The notes below the pieces were generated by a model. The model did no database searches. It worked only from the letters and a program-made list of their open reading frames with translations, and was not told the DNA's origin. Source: Paraspadella gotoi (taxonomy: Eukaryota > Animalia > Chaetognatha). Taken from it: 64,000 nt of DNA. Positions within the stretch are counted from its first letter, which is position 1. The number at the start of each line of letters is the position of its first letter. The stretch lies in assembly GCA_051294375.1 (NCBI GenBank), contig CM119265.1:11595818-11659817 (forward strand), in the 5' to 3' direction. The translations under genes and the position numbers were made by a program. This document shows positions 47,786-61,840 of the stretch, one piece after another.

Positions 47786-49609
47786 TTTATATTTGTTTTC
47801 AGTTTTTTTTTGTTTTTTTTTCTTTTGTTTCTTCTTCGGGGGAGGGAGAATATCAGCGGGAAGCAGTGTATCTATAGAACCTTAAAACGATAAAAGATAT
47901 AAAAATTTCATGCAAAAACGCAAAATAAAATTTAATAGAATAGCATGTAAAACAAATCATTGGTGTATATCAAAAGGTAAATATCAAAGGCAAGAGAGAT
48001 CAGTTTCAACGGAAACAACGGAGAAGCGGCTTTTGAGTGAGATGCAAATAAGGTACTTGTTAAAACCGGTTTAACCCAAATTCTTTAAAAAAGCGCCTAT
48101 CGGATTAAGAGATCGGCCGTTATCGTATTAGGCACCGCCGTTGAGAAAAGCATATCAATGTCTCAATTTTTTTGGTATTTGTTTAAATATAAAAACGGTG
48201 AAATAAAGTATATGTAATCCAACAATGTTTAAAACATGGATTTTTTTTGGAAGTGAACCGCAAGGCAAACAAGGAGGCGAACAGAAAGTTTTTGCAATCA
48301 CTTTCAAAGTGTCTAATTAGTGTACGAAGAACGCACATTTTCTAAAATAGAAGAAGGCGTGGGAATGTAGGGAAAACGAATGCAAAAACTTTCTGCCCAT
48401 AATGTCTTTATAAACCATATATTCTAAGAAATAGATTATGTTTAATGATAATCATAATAATCATTTAGACCATTGGCATAATAGATTATAGTGTCTCTCG
48501 ATTTCTATATATGAATCTAAAAATGATATTACTTGAGTAATAGCAATCATTCCAGACACTATTGGACAGCACAAAATTGCTGTATCATGCAATGAGTCAC
48601 TCATAAGTAATACGAATACCGAATCATCTAATACCACTGATTAGCTTAAGATTAACTACTTATTAGCAACGAGATCGGATGTGTCGCAAAAATCTAAAAA
48701 TACAATCGACAAACAATTTGAACGCAAAAGGACGTACAACTATCTGCTTAGGTATAACTAGTTTACAATCCCAAACCCCGATTCTAATAAAGACAGTATG
48801 TAAAGCAGCGTCGGCGAAGAAAGATGAATATTTATTACTTAAGATACAAATCTATGTCAAATATTCTGGAACCTTAAACAACGCGACGCAGCATTTTAGT
48901 ATGAGAACCCACAAGTCGCCACACATCTGTTACTTATTTTTTAAGTATAATATATTGGTTCGAAGATTATGTGCGTACTTGCTTTTAGCGGCAGCAACGG
49001 ACATGCAATATCACGAGAAGCCGTCGGTGAATGATACGTCATTAATTTCCTTTAATTCTATCTACTGCTTTCAAAAAAAAAATTTTAGGTGCATGCAAGT
49101 GAAAAACGAGAAAAAGTAAATAAAAGCCAAGAGTCGGGAGGTTGTGCCCAATTTGTAATAAATCTGGATGAAAAGGGGACAAAAAGCTCCTCACTTTTTC
49201 TTTCCCCCTTTGAATCGAGAGAGATTCTTTTATTCGAAACTGAATCGAAAAATATTCGTCAAAGACTACGTAATAATAATATGCCATTTATTTTTTTGGT
49301 GGAAAAAATGATAATCGAGATCGCCCCTCTCGCCCAATTATTTGTTTGCTCCGTTTTCTTTCAGAAAAAAAAAAAAGTTTCAAACGACATCACAGGCTCA
49401 ACTTTTTCTTTTTCTCTCTTTTTTGTTAGTAAAAAGCAGAAGCGGACCACTTCCCCCCCCAATCGGTTGAAACAAATTTCTGTAGTATTTTTTTTCTTGA
49501 TGAAAATAACTAAAGAAAAAAAATTATTTCCAATTTTTTTTCTATCTACCGAGACTCGCGGCCGGGTTTTAAATGAGAGGATGGCTTCGTCATCCGTGGC
49601 CACCATTGG

Positions 49610-49785
49610 TTACTGACATCCGCAGCAACCTCCGTTGTCGATGGTCGCCGCCCGTTCGTGAATGACGGTGCCGCATTTGGGGCAGATGTGGCGCCGATCG
49701 CGCGGCCACTTAAGGCAGAAAGGCAATAAGCAACCTCCTGCTTGACCAAAGACCGGAATCAAGCATAGCAAGCAGCACCAGATTT
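49610..49785 (-). CDS. LITAF-domain protein, last exon
   Basis: ttccag| IWCCLLCLIPVFGQAGGCLLPFCLKWPRDRRHICPKCGTVIH...GGCCGCQ*; hydrophobic segment plus HxCxxC. Confidence 0.92.
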
Positions 49786-49985
49786 CTGGAAAGGTATGAA
49801 AATTTTAAAGAGAAAAAAATTATAACTCGTACTAAACGTTTCGTAATCCGTTATATAAAAATAAGTTCTCCAAAAATTGTTTTGGCCCACAAATAATTCA
49901 TCATCAGAGAAAAGTTTCAAATAGTATAATTAACTATAAATAACCAATAGAAAACGTGATCACAGCAATTTTTAATGATACGTAC

Positions 49986-50145
49986 TGGTACAAACGCCCG
50001 CCGTGTAATCGATTTTGGTCGAAACCTCATTCTTGCACTTGGGACAGGTCTTTTGCAGCGGCTCGTCGCCGAACTCCTCGTCTTCCTTTCGCTTCTTCCA
50101 TTCCTCAAGACTCGGCGGCTGCACCGATGGTCGGCGATGAGTCAC
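49986..50145 (-). CDS. LITAF-domain protein, exon 3
   Basis: tgctag| ...FGDEPLQKTCPKCKNEVSTKIDYTAGVCT A|gtacgt; first CxxC of the LITAF domain. Confidence 0.92.
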
Positions 50146-51065
50146 CTAGCAACCGAGGTAAACCAAAAAAACCCTTAATTTTACAAGTTAATGAGGAAAG
50201 AGTCCAGAGATGCGGTGACGATGATACGAACATCGAAAAAATATATTTTTATAAAAATAAAACAATGTATAATGCTACCTACAACAAATTCAAGTTTCGT
50301 TGCAACAATTAAGATAATAAACACGATCAATTTAATCAATTATATCAAAAACAATATAGTATTCAAAATATAATCTTATAAATATCAAATAGTAATTAAA
50401 AACTTAATTACCTTTTAATAAATTATCGTTGTAGACAAAAAAAATATATGGTGAATACTATAAAAGAAAAGCTGCTATTATAAAATGTACTAAGAAGCAA
50501 AAAGACGACGACAAATCGGCTTGGCTACAACTAAGAGGAAATAATCTTCCGATTATGGGCTTCGAGGCGGTCGGTGGATTAGGGACCGGTAGGAAAAGTA
50601 CTTTTGTTAAATGAATCGGATTCACTACACTTGAAACTTAATAGAAAGAAAAAGAAGGAAAAAGATCGAGAAAGAGAAAAGATTTACCAAGAATTCACAA
50701 AAGCACCAAGCGTCTCATTTGAGTCGCAACCAATTCAATCGCTCGGGTCCTATCCAAAAAATATTTGAGAAATAAAACTGAGCCAAATTAAAATTTTGGA
50801 AATAAATGGAGACCAAGGCTAAGGGAAGGATAAAAAAAAAAGTAGGTGGCCAAAAATTTACGACCTTTCATTTCATCTTTCTCTGTAAACAATAAAGAGA
50901 AAAGTGAGTGATAGAAAACAAAACAACAAAAAAATTTAATCGAAAGAGATTTGGGTTTCATTTGAAAAAATTAAAGAATTATGAAGACGACGACGGGTGG
51001 AGGCGGTCAGCTTGAGGAGCAGCAAAAGAGATGGAAAAAGCGATTCGGAGGTAAAGGTTACTCAC

Positions 51066-51086
51066 CTCGCGAGTGCACTGAACCAT
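51066..51086 (-). CDS. possible alternative first coding exon of the LITAF gene (MVQCTRE)
   Basis: aaaATG...GAG|gtgagt; phase 0, compatible with exon 3. Confidence 0.5.
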
Positions 51087-53633
51087 TTTAGCAAGACGAG
51101 AAAAGGAGCGTGATATAACTGTTTATCAGCAAAGGGACTCGTAGTATATTTAAAAAAAAAATTAAGTTGAAATTCTAAAAAAAAATCTTAAAAGCATAAG
51201 GATCGTCGCAATCGCATAAAAAAATCTTAAAAGCATAAGGGATCGTCGCAATTGCATAAGAAAAATCTGGATTGACAATAAATTTTGATACTAAAAAAAA
51301 TCAAATTTGAAAAAAAAAATTAATTTATAAACAGAAAGAAAAAGAAGAAAAGAATAAATAAAGAATAGAAAAGAAAGAAAGGAAAAAAAGAATAGAAAGG
51401 AAAGAAAGAATAGAAAAGAAAGAAAGGAAAGAAAGAATAGAAAAGAAAGAAAGGAAAGAAAGAATAGAAAGGAAAGAAAGAATAGAATGGGGAAAAAAAA
51501 GAAAATTAATTTATAAACAAAGAAAAATTCTATTTTGCGATTGTCAATTTACAGTTACAGTTTAAAAAAAAAAATTTTTTTTCATTGTCAAAAGAATAAA
51601 TATAAAACAGTAAAATAACTTATTTTCAAGTTTAATTTTTAGCAAGTGCTAAGACTGGAGTAACATTATTGAAGGTACTTTTGTTTTACTTTAAGCACGC
51701 ATAAGCGAGCAGTTTGATCGAATGCGACCTCTCTAAACACTGTCAGCATTCCCAGACAAAGACAAAGACAAGACAAAGTGAAACTTGAATCAGACTGACG
51801 AAGTGAAGTAAAGACTAAAGTGAAATAAAAACCCGATGTTACTATAGCAAAATGATAACATGCACGAATGCGATGCCTAATTTTACGAGTTCAATCCCAA
51901 TTCAATTTTTTTTTTAAATAAAAACACACAGAGAGAGAGAGAAAAGAAAGAAATCAAATGGCAGCAGCAGAAGCAGCAGGATAAAAGAGAGAAAAAGAGA
52001 GAGCCCCTGCAGAGCCAGCTGCAGACTCAAAAGGCAGCAGCAAAAGCAGCAGGAGAAAAAAGAGAAAAAGAATAAGCCCCTGCAGAGCCAGCTGCAGACT
52101 CATTTTTTTCCCCTATGATTAAGAATCAGTGAATAGGGAAAAGAGAGAGGGAGAGAGACATGTAATTAAAAGAAAAAAGAGAGAGAGAAATATGAAAATA
52201 AAAGAGAAAATTTGTTTGTTTTGATAAAACGTAAACAAAACATATTTAATAACTGTCCAGACTCAATTTTAAGCACATCGATGATGAGAAGCTGTATATA
52301 AAATTTCAGCTTCATAAACCCAAATTTAATCATAAAAAAGGCGATCTATAATTTGGACGACGACGCCGACGCCACTTATGCGCAAAAGTGTTACAATATC
52401 GATTAGCGATTGCGATTGCGATTGCGACGATAAAAATATAGATCCATGATAAACTTTGATACGAAAAAATCGAATTTGCTACTTGAAGACCAAGTTATTT
52501 ATAATATTAACTTGGCTTAAATATAAATAAAAATCAGCTTAGAAGTATAAAAACAATAGGAATATCCAATGGCAGATGAACAAACACTCAAACAGACACA
52601 AAAAATTGGATAAAATAGAATTAGAGCCAAACTTTGTCAATGGGGCGGGTCATAAGTTTGATTTGGGAACCTTCCCAAATGAAACTTCATACATTTCTGA
52701 AAAAGCTTTCAATGGACCAAAATTTTCTAAAATGGCTAAAAGCACTAGTAATTAATTTTTTAATATTTATTTATAGATAGAAAATGTCAAAAATTTTTTT
52801 TTGAATTTTTTATTTTTAAAAGCAGATTCAGATAGCTTATTAAAAGTTGTCTATACAAAGTATAATTCTTTTTTCAATATTTTGATGATAAGTGGGTCAA
52901 AATTGGGAAAAACCTGAAAAAATCATCCTCATCATCCGATGATTTTAATAGTTTTTGCTAATTTTTAATAATAAAACATCAAAATTTTAAAAAGTTGTAA
53001 TTACATTTTTTGTTTAACTTTTTGAGCTCTATTAGAATCACTTCAAAAATCTTAAAATATCTAAAAAAAATGTTTGACCTTATATAGCAATATATAATAA
53101 TTTTAATTAACAAATTACTCATGGTTCGGAACATTTTTGCAAAAAAATATTTTAACACAATAACTAATACTAATTATGGATTCGTTTAATGCTGTTCCCA
53201 TTAAAATTTAAATTTGGTCGACTACCGCTAATAGAATTGTAGCTTGTGGTTTAACAAAATATGAGATACTACGATTTGAAATAAAATTAAAAATTAAATA
53301 AAAAAGAGAGAGAGAGAGAGAGAGAAAGAAAGAAGCCAAATCGTTTTTGGACGAATCAGCAGCGGCAGCAGCAGAGACAGCCAGAAAAAAAGAAAGAAAT
53401 CAAAAAGCAGAAGCAGCAGAAGAAAAGAGAAAAAGAAAGAGCCCCTGCAGAGCCCAAATCGTTTTCGAATCAGCAGAAGAAGCTGAAGAGTCGTTTTTTT
53501 CGATGACTGGGGAAAAGAGAGAGCTACATATAATTAAAAGAGAAAAGAGAGAAAGAAAAGGAGACATAAAAATAAAGGAAATTTGTTTGTTTTGATAAAA
53601 CAAACAAAATGTATTTAATAACTGTCCTCACCC

Positions 53634-56600
53634 CAGGGATGTGGAGCCGACCTAATTTTGTCTCGGCTCCAGCTCCGGCTCCAGGCCAAATTTTTTTCCG
53701 GCTCCGGCTCCAAGCAAAATTTTTTTTCGGCTCCGGCTCCAGCAAAAATTTCAACTCGGCTCCGGCTCCAACTCCGGCTCCATTACTATATATATAATTA
53801 AAATTTAAGAATTTAAATATTCAGAATATATTCTTTTAATCATATAATTTATATTTTGATTATATTTAATATTTATTTTATATTACAATATATAATATAT
53901 TTTAATATTAAAAATATATTATATAATTAAAATTATTTTTAAAAATATTAGAATAATAAGCAAAATATTTTTTTATTTTTTGGTGATATCCTCACTCTTT
54001 GGTAATTTAACTGTGAATTATATTTAGCATTCTCGTTAAAGTGATTTTATTTAAAACTCAGATTATGGTTAGGGTTAGGGTTTTAAGGTTAGATTAGGGT
54101 TGAGTTGGTTTGGTTTAGGGTTAAGGTTGAGTTGGTAATAATTAGGGTTAGGATTGAGTAGTTTAGGGTTAGGGTTAAGGTTGAGTAGTTTAAGGTTATG
54201 ATTAGGGTTAATGTCAATTTTAAGGTTAAGATAAACAAGAAGCCGGCATTAGGGTTAAGGAAGGTACTGGCAATGGATATTAGGGATTAAAGTTGATTTA
54301 CGTATATATGAGGGAGGCCCGGTCCCGGGTTAAGGTTAGGGTAACGAGAGAGGCATGGAGTTGAATGGGAGGCCTGGGTTAGGGTAGGGGGAGAGGCTTA
54401 CTGTTGATGCATCAAAGGCGGTTAGGGTTAGGGTTGAGGAACAGAGATATATGGGAAGCCCAGGCCCGGGTTAGGGTTAGAATTGGGAGAAAAGCATGGA
54501 GTTGAACGGGAGGCTTGGGTTAAGAGAAAAGTCCATGGTTGATGCATCGAAGGCAGTTAGGGTTGGGTTGAAGCACAGAGATGTACTGGAGGCTAGGGCC
54601 AAGGTTAGGATTAGGGGAGAGGAATGGAGTTGAACAAGAGGCCCGGGTAAGGGTTAGGGTTAGGAAAGCCCACAGATGGGTTAAGATTGAGGCATGGAAA
54701 TGTATGGGAGGCCTAGGCCTGGGTTAGGGTTGGGGAAAAGCATGCAGATGTACGGGAGACTTGGGTTAGGGTTTAGTTTTAAGGGAAAAGCCCATAAGTG
54801 ATGTATTTATCCCCATGTCTCAACTTCAGCTACAAGCTTTTCCTTTAACTTGCGCCTTTAATTATATTTATTACTTTTATTACTGGCAAGGTCACCAGTG
54901 AGGGTATTGGCGACACAACCAGGGCTTTGCTGATATTGCCATAGTAAAGTCGCCAACTAGAACAACAATTGTGTTTCATGCGTGAATTGCCGGCAACATT
55001 GCTATTTGAATAAACTACAACCTAGAGTTTGGGTTAAAGCTCAGAAATAAACAAAAAGCCTGGGTTACAAGGTGACATACAACAGCCCGTTGCTAAAAAA
55101 ATATTGTCATTTGCAAATTTAAGAAGATATTTTTAATCTAAAAGATTTTTTCTATAGTAAAAACCTAAATCATTTATATATCCAAATTTTATATTGATTG
55201 GTTATGATTTGACTTAGCAATGACCAGGAAAAAGTTGCTTTAAAAATTGTCTTTCATTTTAAAACAAATCTTTTCAATTTTTTTTGTCTAACTTTATAAA
55301 CATTTTTTAAAAAACTTTTACATTCTTTTATTTTTTTTAAAAATTATTTAGAGAGAAATGAAAATTTATTATTTGACAACAATAATTTTGTTTTTTAACT
55401 TTAGAATTGGAAGTATACGTTTCCGTGAGCTGCCTAATCAGGTGACGTTTCGTGACGTCTGTGCGATCGTCTTACGCATTTATTACAGTACTCAAGTATT
55501 TAAAAACTGAAAACGTTTGTGAATAAATGTCATGATTGAGAAGCGACTGATGAGATGGGGTCCTAGAGTGGACATATCACGATTCATAAAATAAAACAAA
55601 ATCATTGTTATCAATACAAAATTTTTGTTTTCTCTCCAAATAAATAATCTTTAAATAATAAAAAGGTATCAATGTTATATCTTCTGAAAGCCTTTAAAAA
55701 ATTTGATAAGAAATAATATATGTAATAATTAAAGACAATAAGAAATAAGCCTACAGACTATTTAGTGTTTAATTAAGATAATCCAAATTTGAAATAATAA
55801 AATCCTAAAATAATTTTTTTAATATCTGACCTATAAAAAATCTTAGAAAAACTAAATTAAAATAACTAACAATCATTTAATAATTATTCAAAAACTGCTC
55901 TTTAAAAATTTTTAATTTAATAATTATCTTAAAGCTAGATAGGCTAATTTTAATATTACAGTATTTTTAATTATGTCAATCTCTTATATTTTTAGGAGCT
56001 TTCAGAAGATATTAATATTGATACCTTTTATATATAAAGTTTTGTAAAAAAATAGTTAAAAAGTTAAATAAACAGATTGAAAAAAAAATGGAGTTTTAAA
56101 ATAAAAAATAATTTTGAAGACAATTTTCTCCGCTCAGCTCCAAATCAAATTAAAACCAATAAATATAAAATTTGGATAAATAAATGATTTAGGTTTTATT
56201 ACAGAAAAAAGATTTTCAAATGAAAAACAATTTTACAAATTTGCAAATGACGATTTTTTTAGCGGCGGGCTGTTGTGTGTCACCTTGTAGGGTTAAAATA
56301 CTAGGGTTAAGGTTTTAGCTTGGCATGAGATAAAAGGTTAGGGTTAGGGCTAAAAAAATAGCCTGCTGTAAATGATGTAAGATTGTAAATAAGATAAATT
56401 AATTAGGGTTAAGGTTTTTATTAGGGTTCATTCAGGGTGAATGGGAAGGCTTATTATATCCCCATTATTCCTGGCCAGTCCCTTTTCAAACCCTAAACTT
56501 GGCCAATGCTTTTTGTCTATCACTTAGTCCGACCTTAATATAAAAAGATTGATAGGATGCCCGAGTATGGTTATTCCTTTCAGGCATATAATATACCTAT

Positions 56601-56784
56601 GTAAAAGAAGTAAACTAATATGATAAGTTTATGGTATATTTTTGAATTCATTTATAAAAAAGTTAAAAATAAAAAAAATAATATTAATTTAGTTTTTTAT
56701 CTTTTAAATGAGATATCTTTCAACCATATGTAACAAAAATTATATAAAAAGTATATAATATAAAAAAATTAGTAAGCAAAATAA

Positions 56785-56818
<34 letters not shown>

Positions 56819-57244
56819 TGTTCAAAATATATTATTGAAAAGCTTTGCCTTTAATCAGTCTACAAATGGTTTTCTGTATTAAGTAAGCCAAAGCATATTA
56901 AAGGATAAATTTTACTTCATAAATAAGTATTTAAAAAAAATTTAATAGATTAAAAAAAAAAGAATTATTATTTTATTTACTTAATCTTATGTCTAATAAA
57001 TATATGATATTATATAAATTATAAAAATCAGTATTATGTTTTTTTAAATATTTTTTTTAATTTAATAATCATAATCTTATTTTATTTTTATGGAGCTGGA
57101 GCCGGGCATTTTTATTTCGGCTCCGGCTCCAGCTCCGGTCAAAAATTTTTTTCGGCTCCGGCTCCAGCTCCGGCCAGATAAAAATTCTGGCTCCGGCTCC
57201 GGCAAAAAAAGCTCGGCTCCGGCGGCTCCAGCTCCACATCCCTG
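53634..57244 (+). mobile_element. non-autonomous hAT element, 3611 bp
   Basis: TIR CAGGGATGTGGAGC, 8-bp TSD CCTCACCC, GGCTCC subterminal repeats, internal TTAGGG-rich tract and a nested MITE (55068-56287); lies in a LITAF intron. Confidence 0.92.
54066..54790 (+). repeat. degenerate TTAGGG-rich minisatellite inside the hAT
   Basis: Many GGGTTA units interleaved with ~40-bp GGCATGGAG...GGGAGGC units. Confidence 0.8.
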
Positions 57245-58123
57245 CCTCACCCAATTTCAAAGACCTCGATGATGAGAAGCTGTATATAAATTTTCAGCGT
57301 CATACACCCAAATTTAATCATCAAAAAGTAGGGGTAGCTGCACTCAATGGGGTGAGTCAAAAATTTAGAGTGAGTACATGCTCAAACGAATATTTAGATA
57401 TTTTTAAGAATACTTTCAATGGACAAAAAATTTCTAATATGGCTCTATACCCTAATAATTAATTTTTTAATATTTATTTATAGATAGGAAAGGTCAAAAA
57501 ATTTTTTTGGAATTTTTTAATTTTAAGACCAGATTCAGATAGCTCATAAAAAGTTGTCTAAACAAAGTATGATTCTTTTTTAAATATTTTTACGATAAGT
57601 GTGTCAAAAATAAGAAAAACTGTAAAAAATCATCATCATCATCATCATCTTTCGATGATTTTATCAGTTTTTCTATATTTTCACTTAGAAAACGTAAGAA
57701 TTTTTAAAAGCTGTAATTATATTTCTTGTTGAATCCATTACAAAATTTTAAGATTTTAAAAAAATATTTTTTGCTCTATATAGTAATATAATAATTTTAA
57801 TTAGGCGAGTACCCTCAGAAGAAAGCATTTTTAACAAAAAATATATTAATACCATAATCTATGGTCATGATAGATTATTTTAACGCTGTATACATTAGCA
57901 TTTAAATTTCATCGGCTATGGCTACAAAAAGGCGATCTATAAATTGGAACGCCGACGACGACGACAACGACGACTCCACTTATGTGCAAAACCACAGCAA
58001 AATTGTCGCAAACGCAAAGCAATTGCGACGATAAAAAAAAATATTTTCCTTTGCTGCGATAGCTTAATTAAATATCGAATGAGACGGGTAAGGGGGAGAA
58101 ACGACGCTCGACAATAAACTCAC

Positions 58124-58168
58124 CATTTCGCGTAAGATCGAAGGCTTGCTCTCCTGCTTCGATTGAAC
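58124..58168 (-). CDS. LITAF-domain protein, exon 2
   Basis: cctcag|VQSKQESKPSILREM|gtgagt; phase 0; linkage to exon 3 is inferred from phase and position. Confidence 0.75.
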
Positions 58169-58232
58169 CTGAGGAAATGAATATAAATTTAAAAAAAAAT
58201 TTAAAAAGAAGATGAAAATGTAGGGGTTTCAC

Positions 58233-58313
58233 CTCGACCTCCTCGTGAGAGGCGATCTTGGCCTCGGTCTTGGGCGGCTCCGCCACTCCGTTTGATTCCG
58301 CCTTCACGCTCAT
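58233..58313 (-). CDS. LITAF-domain protein, exon 1
   Basis: aaaATG MSVKAESNGVAEPPKTEAKIASHEEVE|gtgaaa; 64-nt intron to exon 2. Confidence 0.75.
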
Positions 58314-59228
58314 TTTTCCTTTTTTTTTAAAAAAAACCGATTTTTTCGTCCGTGTTTCTTTGGTTTCGCGGTTTTTAGACTAGTAAAATGCAAAAAAAAG
58401 TGTTTACAAAAGGTAAATAATAATAAGGAATATAAAAAATGAAGCAGGTTGCTCGGCCATCGATGGAATCGTGGAGGAGATAAATGTAATTTGAAACACG
58501 ATACAATTACGTCGTTACATTCAACATTCTGTAGTTTGGTAAATGTTTTAATGGAAGATCAACTTATTTCACAAAAAAAATTTATAACAATTTACTTCAA
58601 AACAAGGCCGCTTAATGTTCAAAATCACTAAAATTATTCTTCAGAAAAATCGCCAATTATTTTGTGCAAAGATATAATATGAAATATAGTCTAAGCATTA
58701 GGGTAGGTCATACTTAGGTAATTTTGGAATTTCTTTACTATACTCCGGATTCTTGTTGTTCCTTATCTCCTTGAACTAAGAAAAACATTTTAGACGCCTG
58801 CTCTTTCATCTAGACCTGCCCATTTTTGCTCTAAGTAGTTTGGTTATATGTGCGAAAATAGCAAAAATCGCAAAAATAAAAAAAATAATATTATTTTATT
58901 AACAAAATTTTTTTTGTTTACTTCAAAATTTGTATTAATAATAACATAAAAAACGTTTTAAAAATATTTAAAATAAAGGATAAATAATAGAAAATAAATA
59001 AAATTAGAAATAAGAAAAATTAAATTAGAATATTCAAATATAACGCTTCTTTCTCCAGAACTTGTAACTTGACATTGGTGTTTTATTGTAGTTTTTGGTT
59101 TGTTTTTTTAAATAATTTTTTGAGAAAATGAAACAGTTGAAGTCGTAAAATAATGAAATAATAATTAAAAGACTACAAGTATGTTTGACGGGAGAGCATA
59201 AATTTGTTATGTCTCCTGACATACTTGC

Positions 59229-61840
59229 TAATAATTCACTTTGTCGGTCCGTCGGTCCGCCCCCTCAATATTGTCGGGCACACACTTATATCATGTCAGA
59301 ACATCGAATTATGATTAATTATGCAAAAAAACAACGATGTCCCACCTTAGCAAAAAACTCCAACTACTCTGTGATTGGATGGATGGATTGGTATGAAATT
59401 TTGTGTGTGTGGTAGGAAACTGTGTGATTGGATATATGAAGTTTCGAGGGAATCGTGCGAGTGGAAATTGGTTTAAATAGAAAAAAACAAAAAAAATATA
59501 TTTCACTATTTGAACGCCAATTGCTCATGAGTGATAGGGCAATTGACTTGAAATTTTGTATGATGGTAGGAAAGTGTGTGATTGAGCTGGATATAAAGTT
59601 TCGATGGAATCGTGCAAGTGGAAATGAGTTAAAATGGAAAAAACAAAAGTCATATTTACTTGAAGTATTTTTACTTAAATTTACTCATAATTATTATGTT
59701 TATTAAAAATTGGATAGATAAAATCGAAATGGAATTTTGTGTGTGGGTAGGAAAGTATGTGATAAAGCTGGATATAAATTTTTTGATGGAATCGTAGGAG
59801 TGGAAAAGAGTTCAAATTAGAAAACCAAAAGACACATTTATTTGAATTCTTTAAAGTTTCTCTCTCTCTATCTCTCTGATTGATTGATTGACCAAATTAT
59901 GCATATTGACAAAAATATGCCAGTTGACAAAATTCTGCAAGTTGATCAAGTTCTGCAAGTTGACCAAATTATGCAACATGTTGAGCAAATATGCCAGTTG
60001 ACCAAATTATGCCAGTGACCAAATTAGCCAGTTGATAAAATTATGCCAGTTTGACCAAATTATGCCGGTTGACCAAATTATGCCGGTGACCAAATTATCT
60101 TAATTGATCAAAATTATGTCAGTTGACCAAATTATGTCAGTAGACCAAATTATGTCAGTTAACCAAATTATGTCAGTTAACCAAATTATGTCAGTTGACA
60201 AAATTATGCAAGTTGATTAAATTATTGCAAGTTGATTAAATTAGCAAGTTGACCAAGTTAGCTTATTACCACTTAATTATCGATTGACCTGGAATTTTGT
60301 ATGTGAGTAGAAAAGTGTGTGATTGAACAGAAAACCAAGTTTCGATGGAATCTTTTGAGTGGAAATGAGTTTAAATAGAAAAAAACAAAAAACCTGTTTC
60401 ACTAATTAATTATGCTATTTTTTTATTTTTAATATTAAATGTAAATGCAGGATGTATTAATAAATCAAATAATTAATCAGTTAATTATTCAATTAGTCAA
60501 TTAATTAATCAATAATTAATTAATCAGTCAATCCGTTCATCCGTCCCACTTAGCAAAAAGCTCCAATAACTCGTGATTGGCTGGTTGGATTGGAATTAAA
60601 TTTTCTGTGTGGGTAGGAAAGTGTGTGATAAAGCTGGATATAAAGTTTCGACGGAATCGTGTGAGTGGAAATGAGTTTAAGTGGAAAAAACATAAGTCGC
60701 ATTTTACTAAAATATTTACTTATTTAACCAATAAGTACTCTAATAATCATAATTGGATGGATAGATGAGTTCAAATTATTTGTGTGGGTATAAAAATGTG
60801 TAACGATGCTTGATATAAAGTTTCGGTGGAAACGTATGAGTAGAAATGAGTTTAAATTAAAAAAATATGAGTCACATTTACTTGAATCTTTTTACTTATT
60901 TTAACCCATAATAGATTGAGATGAAATTTTGTGAGCGGGTAGAGAGAGAGATGAGAGAGAGAGAGCAGAAAAATGAGCATAAGGGATCGTCGCAATTGCA
61001 AAGAGAGAGAGAGAGAAAGAGAGCAGAAAAATGAGCATAAGGATCGTCGCAATTGCAAAGAGGAGAGCAGAAAAATGAGCATAAGGATCGTTGCAATTGC
61101 AAAAGAGGAGAGAGAGAGTCCGAGATTAAAATTAGCAAATAAAAAAGTTGTTATTTTACTCACTGAATAAAAATACTTAAAATACTTACAAAATACATAA
61201 AATTGATAAAATTATTATTCCGATAACATTGTTTCATCACATGCAATATATCTAGTAAGGCGGGCCAAAATTGAACATTTTTTATAACTTCTAGTTCTCT
61301 TTAAAATTTTTTTTTCCTTTTACAACTAAATCGATTTTCAATGTAACTTTTTGAATTAGTTCATTGGGTTGTTGCACTGAAGCTTTTAAATATTTATTAA
61401 TATATAATAATTAATAAAGTTTTGACGGAATTGTGCCAGTGGTAATGAGTTTAGATGGAAAAAACATAAGTCACATTTACTTGAATCTTTAATATTAATG
61501 ATTACTAATAAATGTTTTAATTAATTAATTAATTAATGTGAAAAAATGATGCAAGTTAAAAGAATCTTAAAAGCATAAAGATCGTCGCAATTGCATAAAA
61601 AAAAGAGAGAGAGAGAAGAGAGAGTGAGAGAGAAGGAGACATAAAATAAAATAGAGGATATTGTTTGTGTTTGATAAAATGTAAAACAAACATATTTAAT
61701 AACTGTCCTAACCCAATTTTAAGGACATCGATGATGATAAGGTGAATATAATTATAATTAATTATTACATATTAAAATTAATTAATCGATTAATTAATAA
61801 TTATCTAGGCAAAATCGACATTGTTTGCTCAAACTTGTTT
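59229..61840 (+). mobile_element. HINE/DINE-like element, 5'-truncated
   Basis: Same body and 3' end as 23726-26372. Confidence 0.65.
59888..60258 (+). repeat. ~19-bp tandem array GTTGACCAAATTATGYCA
   Basis: About 19 degenerate copies; related units at ~24784-24830. Confidence 0.9.

Noticed and set aside
48679-49616. 146-aa and 175-aa plus-strand ORFs
   Set aside because: AT-rich, no motifs, antisense to the probable LITAF 3' UTR.
54066-54790. True telomere or chromosome-fusion scar
   Set aside because: Degenerate and internal to a TSD-flanked hAT present twice in the window.
55390-55790. Divergent patch within the hAT copy
   Set aside because: Looks like low-quality consensus of the segment at ~20100-20400 rather than a distinct feature.
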